In this document: positions 13,626 to 22,420 of the stretch, one piece after another | Numbering within the stretch: position 1 is the stretch's first letter | Layout: each line of letters begins with the position of its first letter | Source: a virus | Virus record (IMG/VR): IMGVR_UViG_3300036766_000644 | Location: 1 to 48,684 of that record | DNA: 48,684 nucleotides | Strand: one strand, 5' to 3' | Made by a program: the position numbers and the translations under genes | The notes under the pieces: generated by a model | Seen by the model: the letters and a program-made list of their open reading frames with translations, nothing else | Databases searched by the model: none | What the model was told of the DNA's origin: nothing

Positions 13626-14779
13626 CGCTGCTGCTCTTGATCGTCGTTGCTCAGGGCGCGGTTGAGTGCGTACATGCCGCCACCGAGCATCAGCATCTTC
13701 GACAGACCACCCCCGGGTCCCGCAGCGGCGGCCTGGGGCACAACAGGGGGCCGCTTCGCCTTGAGCTTGTTGTGCACGCCCTCGGCGAAGTTGGTCACTT
13801 CCGCAGCACCGGGGAGGGGGAGGGGGCCATGCCCACGCTCCGCGGCGAGCTGGTTCAAACGCCCAACCCCTTTGCCGTACTCCTTGTTCATGGCGAGTCC
13901 GATGGCTCGAGGATCCGTTGTAGCTGGGGAGAGCCCAAGCTCCATCAGGTGCTTCCGCCAAGCGGGGTGGGGGATCCCTCGAGCGCCTTGCGCCAGCTCA
14001 TTCGCGAGGAACTTTTTGCCTGTGTCACTCTGCCCGATGTGTTCACGGAGCTTGTTGATGGCGAAGTGCCCGGCCAAGCCAGGTTCTGCGATAGCCGCGG
14101 CTCCGCCAACAGCCGTAGGGATTGCCCGCTGCCACGCCGGGAGGTCTTCGAACTTGGTACCGCGTGCTGTAGTTGGGATCAGCTTGTGTAGCCAGCCGGG
14201 CTTTTTGGCTGCTTCAACGGCCCCCGGGATGCTCCCGACGACAGGTGCCTTCGACAGGTGCTCCGTACCTTTGATGATCCGACCCCCCGTACGAAGAAAA
14301 TTCTCTCTCTGCTCCGGGGTCATTCCTTCGGGCTGCTTACCCATCGCAAGCCCAGCGTGGTACGGCGCCAGGCTCTCTGCACCGAGGCCCCGCGAGATCA
14401 TTCGCTCGACTACGGGATGCATCTGACGGTCACCGCGCCCGTGCGCCATCCCTGACGCCATCATCCGCTCAGCGATGTCCGGTCGGTATTTCTTAACGAG
14501 TTTCTGAAGAACGTTTCCCCCAACGTGGGAGGCAATGCCCCCTCCGATGACGTGCCCGAGCAGAGCTTTTCCGCCCATCCCCAGAGCACCGATGGTGAGG
14601 GGGTCGAAGGCTCGCTTCTCCCGCATCGAAGGGATGGTGAGATTTTTAGTCCCGGACTTCCGTGCGCCTTCGAGCCATTCCTGCGCCCAGGTCGGAGGAG
14701 GACGCGGAGTTCCGTTCTGAAGCCCGAAGCGGCTGCAGGCGTCTTCCTCACCGGCTTGCTTGCTGTAGTACCGGTTCAT
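13619..14779 (-). CDS. Gly/Ala/His-rich hypothetical protein (386 aa)
   Basis: Long ORF. Its start overlaps the upstream gene's stop by 4 nt. Composition is similar to the neighbouring 376-aa protein. Confidence 0.45.
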   Translation of the reverse strand: MNRYYSKQAGEEDACSRFGLQNGTPRPPPTWAQEWLEGARKSGTKNLTIPSMREKRAFDPLTIGALGMGGKALLGHVIGGGIASHVGGNVLQKLVKKYRPDIAERMMASGMAHGRGDRQMHPVVERMISRGLGAESLAPYHAGLAMGKQPEGMTPEQRENFLRTGGRIIKGTEHLSKAPVVGSIPGAVEAAKKPGWLHKLIPTTARGTKFEDLPAWQRAIPTAVGGAAAIAEPGLAGHFAINKLREHIGQSDTGKKFLANELAQGARGIPHPAWRKHLMELGLSPATTDPRAIGLAMNKEYGKGVGRLNQLAAERGHGPLPLPGAAEVTNFAEGVHNKLKAKRPPVVPQAAAAGPGGGLSKMLMLGGGMYALNRALSNDDQEQQRY

Positions 14780-15906
14780 GCGTCACCGTGGCCGCGCGAA
14801 ATAGTGAGCGGCGATGCCTCATTCGCGGTCTGCGTCTTATGCCGCCTGATCGGGAATTCCGCGCGCTCCCGCTGGGCGCCTTCGAACGCCTCGAGACCTT
14901 CTTGCCTGCGATTTTCGCCAGTGAGGTGGTGGTACGCGCTCCCAAGGCCAGCGCCACCTAGTCCTGCGAGTAGCGCTCCACCTACTCCGCTCTTCGGTGC
15001 GAACTTCGCGGCTCCTGCCGCAGCCAGAGCTGCGCCCAGTGCCGGATGAAGAAGGCTACCGCGCTCACCTTCTGCGTCCATGACAGCTTCAGGGTCGAAA
15101 CCGGAATCGGCATACTCGAAGCCTCGTTCAATAGCCGCGTGAGGAACCCAGCGGCTCATCCCGGGGAGACGCTCCTTCTGGTCCTTCATGCTGATCCCGA
15201 GCCCGCCCATACCAGGGACACCGATGCTGCCGCCGATGTCCACCGCGAGCTTGAATTGTTCCAGAGAGCTTTTTTTGTAGCCCCCCTGCTCGGCGAAGTG
15301 TTGCCGCATCCCTGCCATGACTTCAGGGTCCATCCCAAGGGGCGCCGCTACGGGCGGAGCGCCGCCAACACTGGGTTGTTTGATAACCTTCGGATCCTGC
15401 GTTGGGAGGTACTCTCGGCGCTTCAGCTTAGCCGCCTGGGCTTGCAACCCTTGCTGGCGTTCACGCTGATCGCCGATATCCTTGATCTTCTGTACTCCTG
15501 GAGGCAGCTTTGGCTGCACCGGGGTGGGGGGAGCTACCCCAGCGGGAACAGCCTTCACCTGCGCCCCCGCCTTCGGAGTCGGAGGGGCGTTGAGCCACTG
15601 CATCGCGCGCTCTTTGCCCTGTGCCAGGATGGCAGCGCCGACGTCTTCCATTGAATGTGGCTTGGCGACGGGAGCAGCAGGGGCGGGGACAGGAGCTTTC
15701 CCTTTCCCTCCGATCGCTGATTGAAGGCCGTACGCTCCGAGGCCGCCCATCAGAGCGCCTTTGCCTTCTTCACCTTCGGGGGCAAGGGCGTAGCCCGCAG
15801 CAGCGCCCAGGGCGGGCATGATGACGTGGCCTAGGCCGGACTCTTTGGTGAGTCCGAGCTCGAGCGCGGCGTCCAGGCTGCCCAGTTTGTAGGCGTCCGA
15901 TTCCAT
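14776..15906 (-). CDS. Gly/Ala/Pro-rich hypothetical protein (376 aa)
   Basis: Long ORF with GGxG-type low-complexity segments. Confidence 0.45.
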   Translation of the reverse strand: MESDAYKLGSLDAALELGLTKESGLGHVIMPALGAAAGYALAPEGEEGKGALMGGLGAYGLQSAIGGKGKAPVPAPAAPVAKPHSMEDVGAAILAQGKERAMQWLNAPPTPKAGAQVKAVPAGVAPPTPVQPKLPPGVQKIKDIGDQRERQQGLQAQAAKLKRREYLPTQDPKVIKQPSVGGAPPVAAPLGMDPEVMAGMRQHFAEQGGYKKSSLEQFKLAVDIGGSIGVPGMGGLGISMKDQKERLPGMSRWVPHAAIERGFEYADSGFDPEAVMDAEGERGSLLHPALGAALAAAGAAKFAPKSGVGGALLAGLGGAGLGSAYHHLTGENRRQEGLEAFEGAQRERAEFPIRRHKTQTANEASPLTISRGHGDA

Positions 15907-15923
15907 GCGGGAAGTATAGGCGC

Positions 15924-16184
15924 TTACTCGGACTTTGGCCCAGCGGGGACCTGCATTGAGATTTTCTCAGCGGGGCGCTTCTGGAAGTTGTGTACGTACC
16001 CCGCCTTGTACCTCTTCGAGGTCAACGAGGTCGCAGTGATGACCGTGAAGATGTGCCCGCCGGTCGCCCGGCGCGTTGCAGGACTCTCGTGGCATTCCGG
16101 ACACTCGATCTCATTGTCCCCTTCAACCAGGGCTTCGAATTCGTGTCCGCATGCCGCACATCCGTAGTCGAACAATTTTCGCAT
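15924..16184 (-). CDS. FmdB-family zinc-ribbon protein
   Basis: N-terminus MRKLFDYGCAACGHEFE...ECPECHE matches the FmdB pattern YxYxCxxCGxxFE...CPxC. Confidence 0.55.
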   Translation of the reverse strand: MRKLFDYGCAACGHEFEALVEGDNEIECPECHESPATRRATGGHIFTVITATSLTSKRYKAGYVHNFQKRPAEKISMQVPAGPKSE

Positions 16185-16193
16185 CGAGGCTCC

Positions 16194-17942
16194 TTAGAGG
16201 GGGTTCAGGTTGTCGTCGAACGTAACGCTTGGGGTGTACGACTGGTAGCAGTAGCTGCCAGTTCCGATCTGCGGAACGCCCGCGGGAGTGGTCGCAGCTA
16301 CCGCGGTGGCTGCGTGTACGGACATATCGTCGTTAAACACCGTGGCTTCGATGGTGGCAAGCTCGACGTCGATCTTAGCGAGCGCGTCCGCGACGATACT
16401 GACGCTCGACGCAACGCTGCCTAGCAGAAGATTGAAGAGCGCGATAGCTGAAGGTGTTGTCGCAAGGATCACTACGCCAGTTACAAATTCATCCGCGTCG
16501 AACGGGGGACGGTTGGCGTCGCTGGTGTCTCCGAAGGCCTTCACGATGTCCTTCTTGACGAAGTCAGTGCCGCCCGTCCCAGCGAACAGTCGAATACTGG
16601 CGGAGCCAAGGTTGATCGAGCTAAACGCGGAGATGGCCGCTGATGCTTCGGTAAGCTTAGCCGCCAGGTCGGTGTAGCCTTGGATCTGTTGTTCGAGGGC
16701 TTGGATGTTCGCCTTCAGCAGGTCGCTGTACCCGCTGGTCGTCGCTCCGAACTGCCCGGCGAGGTCACTGAGCTTCGTAAGCAAGCCGCCGATAGCCGGA
16801 AACAGATCAACAACCCGGGGGGTCCGTACCCAATCGGGCGGAGCACCTGCGATACTCCGAGGTGTCCCGTGCAGTGACCTGGGCACGTAGACTTTCACGA
16901 CATTGGAGAGGCGAGGAAACCCGATGTCGGTTCCGCCGCCACTTAGGAGCTCCGGGGAGGTTCCGAGCTTCACGTGGTAGCTCACGGCGTAGTAGTACTT
17001 CGTACCGGGAACAAGCGCAGACATGTCCAAGTACGTGTTCTCGGGGGCGAGCCCTGTGTACTCTTCCACGGCGAGGACCACGGTCTTTCCGTCCCCTGTG
17101 GCCTGTCCCGCCGTCAAGGTCGTCGTTCCGAAAAGATCTTGTGGGGTGGTTGCAGACAGCATTGTCGCCGACGTCGACCTGATGATGGCCTGCTCGACGA
17201 TTTCTCCGATCGTGTCCAGCACCGGAAGAGCAACAAGTCGTTTTTGTAGCGCCCACCGCAGCCGAATGTTCGGCCCCGATACCAGCTTCACCTGGAGATC
17301 TTGCGCCGTCGGGAGCGCCGGGGGATCCAACGTAGCGGGCTGCCCGGAGGACAGCAGAGAAGACATCCCATTGGTGAACGGGAGAACTGCCGCAATGTTC
17401 GTTGCCCCGGCCACCAGGTAAGCGCCAGCGACGGCGTCGGTGCTCGCCAGCACAGGACGGTTGTCGTCCCCTAGATCGTCAAACGACTCCGTGACGGTCC
17501 GCACGAAACCAGCGTTACCCCCCGTAGCGGTGAACAGGCTATTCAGGATCCGGGCTTCCTGTTGCGTCTGCGTCTCGCCTGCGAACTGGGCCTGAATGTT
17601 CAACCCCGCTGGAGTGGGGGCGGACAAGAACGTGGATGAGAGGGCGGCGCGTACTTCCTCTGGGATTATGACCTTGCTTCGCGGAGGTACCAGGAGCACG
17701 TACAGCCCTGTGTCCTCGGTCAATGAGGCGACGGCTGCTTCGATGACTGTGACGGCGCCTTGAATCGCAATTTGCGATGCGCTGAGGCTTGGGATCGCCA
17801 AGGCGCTGAGAGCTTCAACAGACGCTTTCACCAGCTTCAGCGCGGTCGTCGCCGCTGTCGCGACAGTTTTCAGCGCATCAACGGAGACCGTTAACGGCGA
17901 CGGGATCTTTGGTAGCGTCAGGGTCTTCCACGGCGTGGCCAT
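16194..17942 (-). CDS. large hypothetical protein with FN3-like segment (582 aa)
   Basis: PNIRLRW...LVPGTKYYYAVSYHV resembles a fibronectin-III strand pattern. Thr/Ala-rich. Probably structural. Confidence 0.4.
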   Translation of the reverse strand: MATPWKTLTLPKIPSPLTVSVDALKTVATAATTALKLVKASVEALSALAIPSLSASQIAIQGAVTVIEAAVASLTEDTGLYVLLVPPRSKVIIPEEVRAALSSTFLSAPTPAGLNIQAQFAGETQTQQEARILNSLFTATGGNAGFVRTVTESFDDLGDDNRPVLASTDAVAGAYLVAGATNIAAVLPFTNGMSSLLSSGQPATLDPPALPTAQDLQVKLVSGPNIRLRWALQKRLVALPVLDTIGEIVEQAIIRSTSATMLSATTPQDLFGTTTLTAGQATGDGKTVVLAVEEYTGLAPENTYLDMSALVPGTKYYYAVSYHVKLGTSPELLSGGGTDIGFPRLSNVVKVYVPRSLHGTPRSIAGAPPDWVRTPRVVDLFPAIGGLLTKLSDLAGQFGATTSGYSDLLKANIQALEQQIQGYTDLAAKLTEASAAISAFSSINLGSASIRLFAGTGGTDFVKKDIVKAFGDTSDANRPPFDADEFVTGVVILATTPSAIALFNLLLGSVASSVSIVADALAKIDVELATIEATVFNDDMSVHAATAVAATTPAGVPQIGTGSYCYQSYTPSVTFDDNLNPL

Positions 17943-18232
17943 TAGAAGATACTCCCAGGTTTCGTCTGCACAGCGAGGTAGCGTCTCCGCCAGATGCCCG
18001 CGGGCTTACGCGGTTGAACCAGTGCTTGGTCTACCCGATCTGGGGCCAAGGGACCAGGCGGAACAAGCGCTTTTCGAAGACCACTCAAGTCAATGGGCGC
18101 CCCACCACTCGACACCACGCGAGCCTCGAGGGCCTGGAGGCGTTGTGCGATGCGGAGACGTTCAACACGGAGCCGCGTCTCCATGAGTCGCTGCACTACG
18201 TCAGTCAGTTGAAGGTCGGTGTCCCAGGACAT
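17942..18232 (-). CDS. hypothetical protein (TAATG-coupled to the 582-aa gene)
   Basis: The ORF extends to 18337, but the upstream part overlaps the divergent promoter region. An internal Met at 18232 is the chosen start. Confidence 0.3.
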   Translation of the reverse strand: MSWDTDLQLTDVVQRLMETRLRVERLRIAQRLQALEARVVSSGGAPIDLSGLRKALVPPGPLAPDRVDQALVQPRKPAGIWRRRYLAVQTKPGSIF

Positions 18233-18258
18233 GCTTCCTCGAAGTACCACGCCCAAGC

Positions 18259-18267
18259 GGGTATAAG
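18259..18267 (+). promoter_or_regulatory. GGGTATAAG box, copy 3 (divergent region)
   Basis: Exact 9-mer, followed at 18290 by a GTATGAGT box like the one at 4536. It lies upstream of the plus-strand genes at 18351. Confidence 0.35.
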
Positions 18268-18350
18268 TCGACTGAACCACCACCAACTTAGTATGAGTTA
18301 CGCCCAGTAGTCCACCACCATCACGGACCCAACCCAACGTTGAGGAACTG

Positions 18351-18683
18351 ATGGCAAAAACAAAACTGCTGCTGCTGATCGATGTGGATGAAGATGTCCT
18401 ACCTCAGGGGAACGCGTATACCGCGCTACCCGACCAACTGTACGGCGCTATTTTTGATGCGCTGCCCGGAGGGGGTCTCGAGCTCGCCGCCATGTACATG
18501 GTGAATCCGAAGGAAGACGTAGAGCAGAAGGCCCAAGCAATGTCGCTGCACTACCATCACTACGCCGTCAGCATTCGGGGAGAAAAGTGCGAAGAAGAGG
18601 ATTGCGAACTTCACCCGCATAAGAATGTAATCAACTTCCATGATCACAGACAAAGAAATAGTACTGCTCCAGGGGTTAACTGA
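18351..18683 (+). CDS. hypothetical acidic His-rich protein (110 aa)
   Basis: First gene of a plus-strand two-gene cassette inside the late region. Confidence 0.4.
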   Translation: MAKTKLLLLIDVDEDVLPQGNAYTALPDQLYGAIFDALPGGGLELAAMYMVNPKEDVEQKAQAMSLHYHHYAVSIRGEKCEEEDCELHPHKNVINFHDHRQRNSTAPGVN

Positions 18684-19074
18684 CGAACGCCCAATCGCCG
18701 TAAAGCTCGGAGACGGACAAACGACCCTGCTGTACGCACGCTGGTTTGTCCTCGAGCTGCCCACAGAGTTGTTCCGGCTTGACCTGAAGTCCTGGAAAAG
18801 CAAACCGCGTGTAGAGGCCCTGGCTTGGAGAAAGCTGCTCCCAGCCGACGGAGGAGCCTACGGCCAGCCGATCCGAAAGACGTCAAAAGATGGGAAGCAA
18901 CTGATTCAATTGATCGCAGATACCGGCGTAGCGTACATACACGCATCGATCTACGATGTAGTAGCTAAGCAACTGACGGAGCCTGAGTTTCGCGTGTTTC
19001 CCGAGCCTCAGGCGTCTGTAGGGATCCTCAGCGGCGGTGAACTCCGCGGGGGTGTTGGGCAAGTGACGCTGTAG
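18640..19074 (+). CDS. hypothetical protein (144 aa)
   Basis: Second gene of the cassette. Ends at a terminator. Confidence 0.4.
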   Translation: MITDKEIVLLQGLTDERPIAVKLGDGQTTLLYARWFVLELPTELFRLDLKSWKSKPRVEALAWRKLLPADGGAYGQPIRKTSKDGKQLIQLIADTGVAYIHASIYDVVAKQLTEPEFRVFPEPQASVGILSGGELRGGVGQVTL

Positions 19075-19078
19075 GCCC

Positions 19079-19110
19079 GGCGCCTCTCTTCGGAGGGGCG
19101 CCGTTTTTTT
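19079..19110 (+). terminator. intrinsic terminator (T-tract overlaps stop codon of convergent 505-aa gene)
   Basis: Stem GGCGCCTCTC-ttcg-GAGGGGCGCC followed by GTTTTTTT. Confidence 0.65.
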
Positions 19111-20626
19111 AGCCTCCGACGACGACGCGGAGACTCTTGATGGGCGGGACCTTTGGATTGACCTGGACCGATGCCGGTCCTGTGGGAGCTCCCTGCGCGG
19201 GGCCGGTTGGTCCCATGGCACTCAGGTGCGTGTGTGAGTCAAGCCAGCCCACCAGGGTGTCCATCATCTGCTTGAACTCCTCGTACATCATGACGTGGCT
19301 CTTGAAAGATGCGTTGAACGTGTGCCCTGCGGGGGTGGACGTCGCTGAGCCGTCGGCACCGAGGAGAACAGAGTCTGGGGTGCTTGAGATCAGGTTGAAC
19401 TTTCCCATCGATGGGACGGCGAAGTTGAAGTCCCCTGCGTAGTTGACGAAGCTCTGCGCTTGCTTCGCTGTCGGAACACCGTTGTGGCCCGTGACGGACT
19501 CGATGCTGCCATTTTTAGCATCCCACAGGACGGCGACATTCCCCGCCGCTGGGGGCGGAGCGCTGCTGCCCCCTTCTACGTACGTCTTGAGCGTGTTCGA
19601 CACCTGGGTGATGCGGTCGTGGCCCACGATCTCCTTCAAGTCGTTTCCGGCGGAGAGCGTGTCGTTCTGCGCGATCAGCGTATCGCGGCTGGCTTGGAAT
19701 TCGTCTGTCACTTTTCCACCTACGACCGTGAGCTTCTCCCCGAGGATGGATGTGTCCTTGTTCTCTGCGACGTCCTCCCGGGCGGTTCCTCGAGCTCCTG
19801 AAGAGATGTCGATCCCTGCGACGCCAGTGAGGGACAGCCGTCCGTCGGCGCTCATGTGCAGTTCACACAACGTGTTGTTGTTGGGAGTAGTAACGCTGAA
19901 CCTGAAGAGATCCCCGATAGCTCCAGCGTCCAATCGGAGCGTCCAATTCTCCGCGTTGGGTCCGCACTCCGTAAGCTGATCGGCCCCAGCACGCCAAATG
20001 AGGGACGTCTTTCCGCCGTCGTTGATGATGTCGAGATTTCCGAGGGAGGAGACGTGCCGGTAGGTGTTGGCCATCACCTCGACCATGCTGTTCACACCGT
20101 GCGTGCGGATCTGCGCCATCGGGGCCGAGGACATGATGTTCGTGCCCCCGGCGAGGACTCCGATCATGTTGTTACTGCTACCACGCCGAGTCCAGTCCCC
20201 CGGGATGACGTCGACAGGGTCATTAGGCGCACGGGCGTCAGAGGCGGCGGATCGGCTGGCGTACACGCCGTCTTCTCCGCCGACGCCACGAACTTCGCTG
20301 ATTCGTGCTGGGTTGACCTCCACGGAAGACGTAGCAGCCCCCTTGTACACCGCAGCGATGACGGGGAAGCCAAGCTCATTGTGCACGACGACCTGCGTAC
20401 CGCGTACAAGGACACTCACTTCGCCCGGGTCCGCCACGAGGCGCTGTACGTCGTGCACGATGCCCGCAGCGCCGTCGTTGATGGAGTACACCTGTGTCTG
20501 CGGCTGCGGGTCCCAGATGGTGCAGATGCGCCAGCCCTTCCCCGGGGTGCTCCCTTTTCCGATAGCTTGTCCTCGCGGTCCAGGCCCGGCGGAGACGCCA
20601 CTTGGGAGCTTCGGGTTCTTGTTCAT
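19109..20626 (-). CDS. hypothetical structural protein (505 aa)
   Basis: Beta-rich composition. Last gene of the minus-strand late block. Confidence 0.4.
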   Translation of the reverse strand: MNKNPKLPSGVSAGPGPRGQAIGKGSTPGKGWRICTIWDPQPQTQVYSINDGAAGIVHDVQRLVADPGEVSVLVRGTQVVVHNELGFPVIAAVYKGAATSSVEVNPARISEVRGVGGEDGVYASRSAASDARAPNDPVDVIPGDWTRRGSSNNMIGVLAGGTNIMSSAPMAQIRTHGVNSMVEVMANTYRHVSSLGNLDIINDGGKTSLIWRAGADQLTECGPNAENWTLRLDAGAIGDLFRFSVTTPNNNTLCELHMSADGRLSLTGVAGIDISSGARGTAREDVAENKDTSILGEKLTVVGGKVTDEFQASRDTLIAQNDTLSAGNDLKEIVGHDRITQVSNTLKTYVEGGSSAPPPAAGNVAVLWDAKNGSIESVTGHNGVPTAKQAQSFVNYAGDFNFAVPSMGKFNLISSTPDSVLLGADGSATSTPAGHTFNASFKSHVMMYEEFKQMMDTLVGWLDSHTHLSAMGPTGPAQGAPTGPASVQVNPKVPPIKSLRVVVGG

Positions 20627-20640
20627 GGGCGCACCATACC

Positions 20641-20677
20641 AAAGAAAAAGCGCCCCAGGGTTTCCCCCGAGGCGCTC
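20641..20677 (-). terminator. intrinsic terminator on minus strand, after the putative tube gene
   Basis: Reverse complement reads AGCGCCTCGGGGGAAACCCTGGGGCGC followed by TTTTTCTTTGG. Confidence 0.5.
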
Positions 20678-20698
20678 TGAAGAAGAAGCTGTGCGGCG

Positions 20699-21463
20699 TT
20701 ACGCCGGGTTGTCGCCCTGGGTCAGGCCGTCACCGTTGTCGCCCAGAGGCGCCGGAGTCGTCCCGAAGTCGAGGAGCTTGTCCACGGTGCTGCGGGGGAT
20801 CTGGCCGCCACCTGTTGCGACGTCGGCGAGCTCGAGCGGTAGGAGACGGTCTGCCAGGCCGGAGACGTTCTCCAGGATCATGTTCTGCCCGGCGTTCGCC
20901 GACACGGCGTACGAGTTGATCATCGCCAGCTCGGCGTAGAACGAACCGACCAGGTCGTGCGACTTGTTGCGGAAGAAGCAGGCGAGCCCGAACGGTACGT
21001 AGTAGAGCTCGGAGTCGAGGTTGATGAAGAAGTTGCTGTTCGCAGACTTCGCCGCCGGGTCGTCGAACTTATGGACCTCGATCCCGCCCTTGACCGCGTT
21101 GTGGTACAGCACGCGAAGAAGGTTGCGCCCGTTCACGAACAGGCGGGCGATGGTCCACTGCGTCTGGGCCTTGCCGGACACGAAGAACGAGCGGCCTGAG
21201 CCGATCGCCATCATCGGCTGGGTCGGCTTGGTCTGGGTGAACTGCACGCTCTGGAGCATGCCGATGGCCAGGAGGGTTCCCTTGGTCACGTCGGTCGCCG
21301 CGGAGTTGGGGACGACAGTACCCTTACGCGGAGGACCTGCCAGCACGAGGGTGTCGTCGGGATGGGCCGCGGAGTAAGCCGCGTTGTCCATCTCGCGCTC
21401 GACGTAGTTGTCTTGGAACTTCCAGCTCTCTACGCCAGTCGTGATGCCGATTCCGTTAGCCAT
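20699..21463 (-). CDS. putative tail tube protein
   Basis: Lies downstream of the sheath. GSGRSFFVSGKAQTQWTIARLF loosely resembles the tube segment of T4 gp19 (NRKINVAGDRTFDDWTVTV). Confidence 0.35.
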   Translation of the reverse strand: MANGIGITTGVESWKFQDNYVEREMDNAAYSAAHPDDTLVLAGPPRKGTVVPNSAATDVTKGTLLAIGMLQSVQFTQTKPTQPMMAIGSGRSFFVSGKAQTQWTIARLFVNGRNLLRVLYHNAVKGGIEVHKFDDPAAKSANSNFFINLDSELYYVPFGLACFFRNKSHDLVGSFYAELAMINSYAVSANAGQNMILENVSGLADRLLPLELADVATGGGQIPRSTVDKLLDFGTTPAPLGDNGDGLTQGDNPA

Positions 21464-21472
21464 CGAGGTCTC

Positions 21473-21733
21473 CTAGTGCTTGCCCAAAAGTTTCATTGCG
21501 GTCGGGACGGCGAGTAGCGCAAGCCCCGTGAGATCCGACGTGTGTTTAAGCTTGTTGACCACAGGGCTGTCGTCGGAGTCCCCTGCGATGAGGCTGTGTG
21601 CGACAGGCGCAGCGATGAGGCCAACCCCTGCGAGATCAATAACATGTTCGGCGAAGGGCTTCAGGCCCGGCATTGCGAGCGCGAACTTCTCGAGAGCTGC
21701 TTGTGCTCCTTGCTCGTACGCCATGCGGAACAT
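21473..21733 (-). CDS. small protein, AYxxGxxxAxxKF N-terminal motif family (86 aa)
   Basis: Starts MFRMAYEQGAQAALEKFALA. Hydrophobic middle region. Confidence 0.4.
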   Translation of the reverse strand: MFRMAYEQGAQAALEKFALAMPGLKPFAEHVIDLAGVGLIAAPVAHSLIAGDSDDSPVVNKLKHTSDLTGLALLAVPTAMKLLGKH

Positions 21734-21734
21734 G

Positions 21735-22420
21735 TTACCCCACCGTCGAGACGATGTCCTGAACCTGCTTCTCCGTCAAGCCCAGGTACTCGGAGGCTTC
21801 CTTTACTGAGTAACCCTTCTCCGACAACGCCACCACCGCACCGGCGACCTTCGCCATGTCGATGGGGGTGAACTCCGTGTCCGCCTGGATGTTCACCGGA
21901 CGGCCGAAGGTGTTCTGCTCGGCGCCCTTGATGATGTCGTCGATGATGGAGCGCATATCAGAAGAGTTTTTGTTTAGCTGGTAGTCCCATTCGCGCGTTT
22001 TCTCTGGGAGTGTCTCAACTTTTGCGAAGTTGCTGACGCTCGTGTTCGAGCGCGGAGAATACCCGTCACGCTTTGGGTACGTGACGTCCGCCGGTGTCTT
22101 CGGCGGAGTACGCTTCGCCGTCGGTGTGAGCTTCTCCTTGCTCACCTGCTTGATCTTCTCAGACCCCGTCATGTACGAAGACGGCTTGTTAGCCATCACC
22201 GCGATCTTCTGGATCAACTCGTACGCTGCCTTGTTCATTGGTACGTTTCCCGGGGGTGGGCGCATCTGCGTTTCGGACTGCCGCTGGGACTCTTGGTGCA
22301 TCTCTTTGCGGATGTCACGGTTGAGCCCTTTGTTCGACTTGGTGAATGGCTCTATCTTCGGCGGGAATACCTGCGGGTACCCGGCCAGCTTCAGAATCAA
22401 CTGCCGGGTAACCGAGTCCA
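21735..22420 (-). CDS. Lys/Ser/Thr-rich protein with C-terminal HTH-like segment
   Basis: TAATG coupling to the sheath stop. C-terminal segment is EASEYLGLTEKQVQDIV. Confidence 0.35.
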
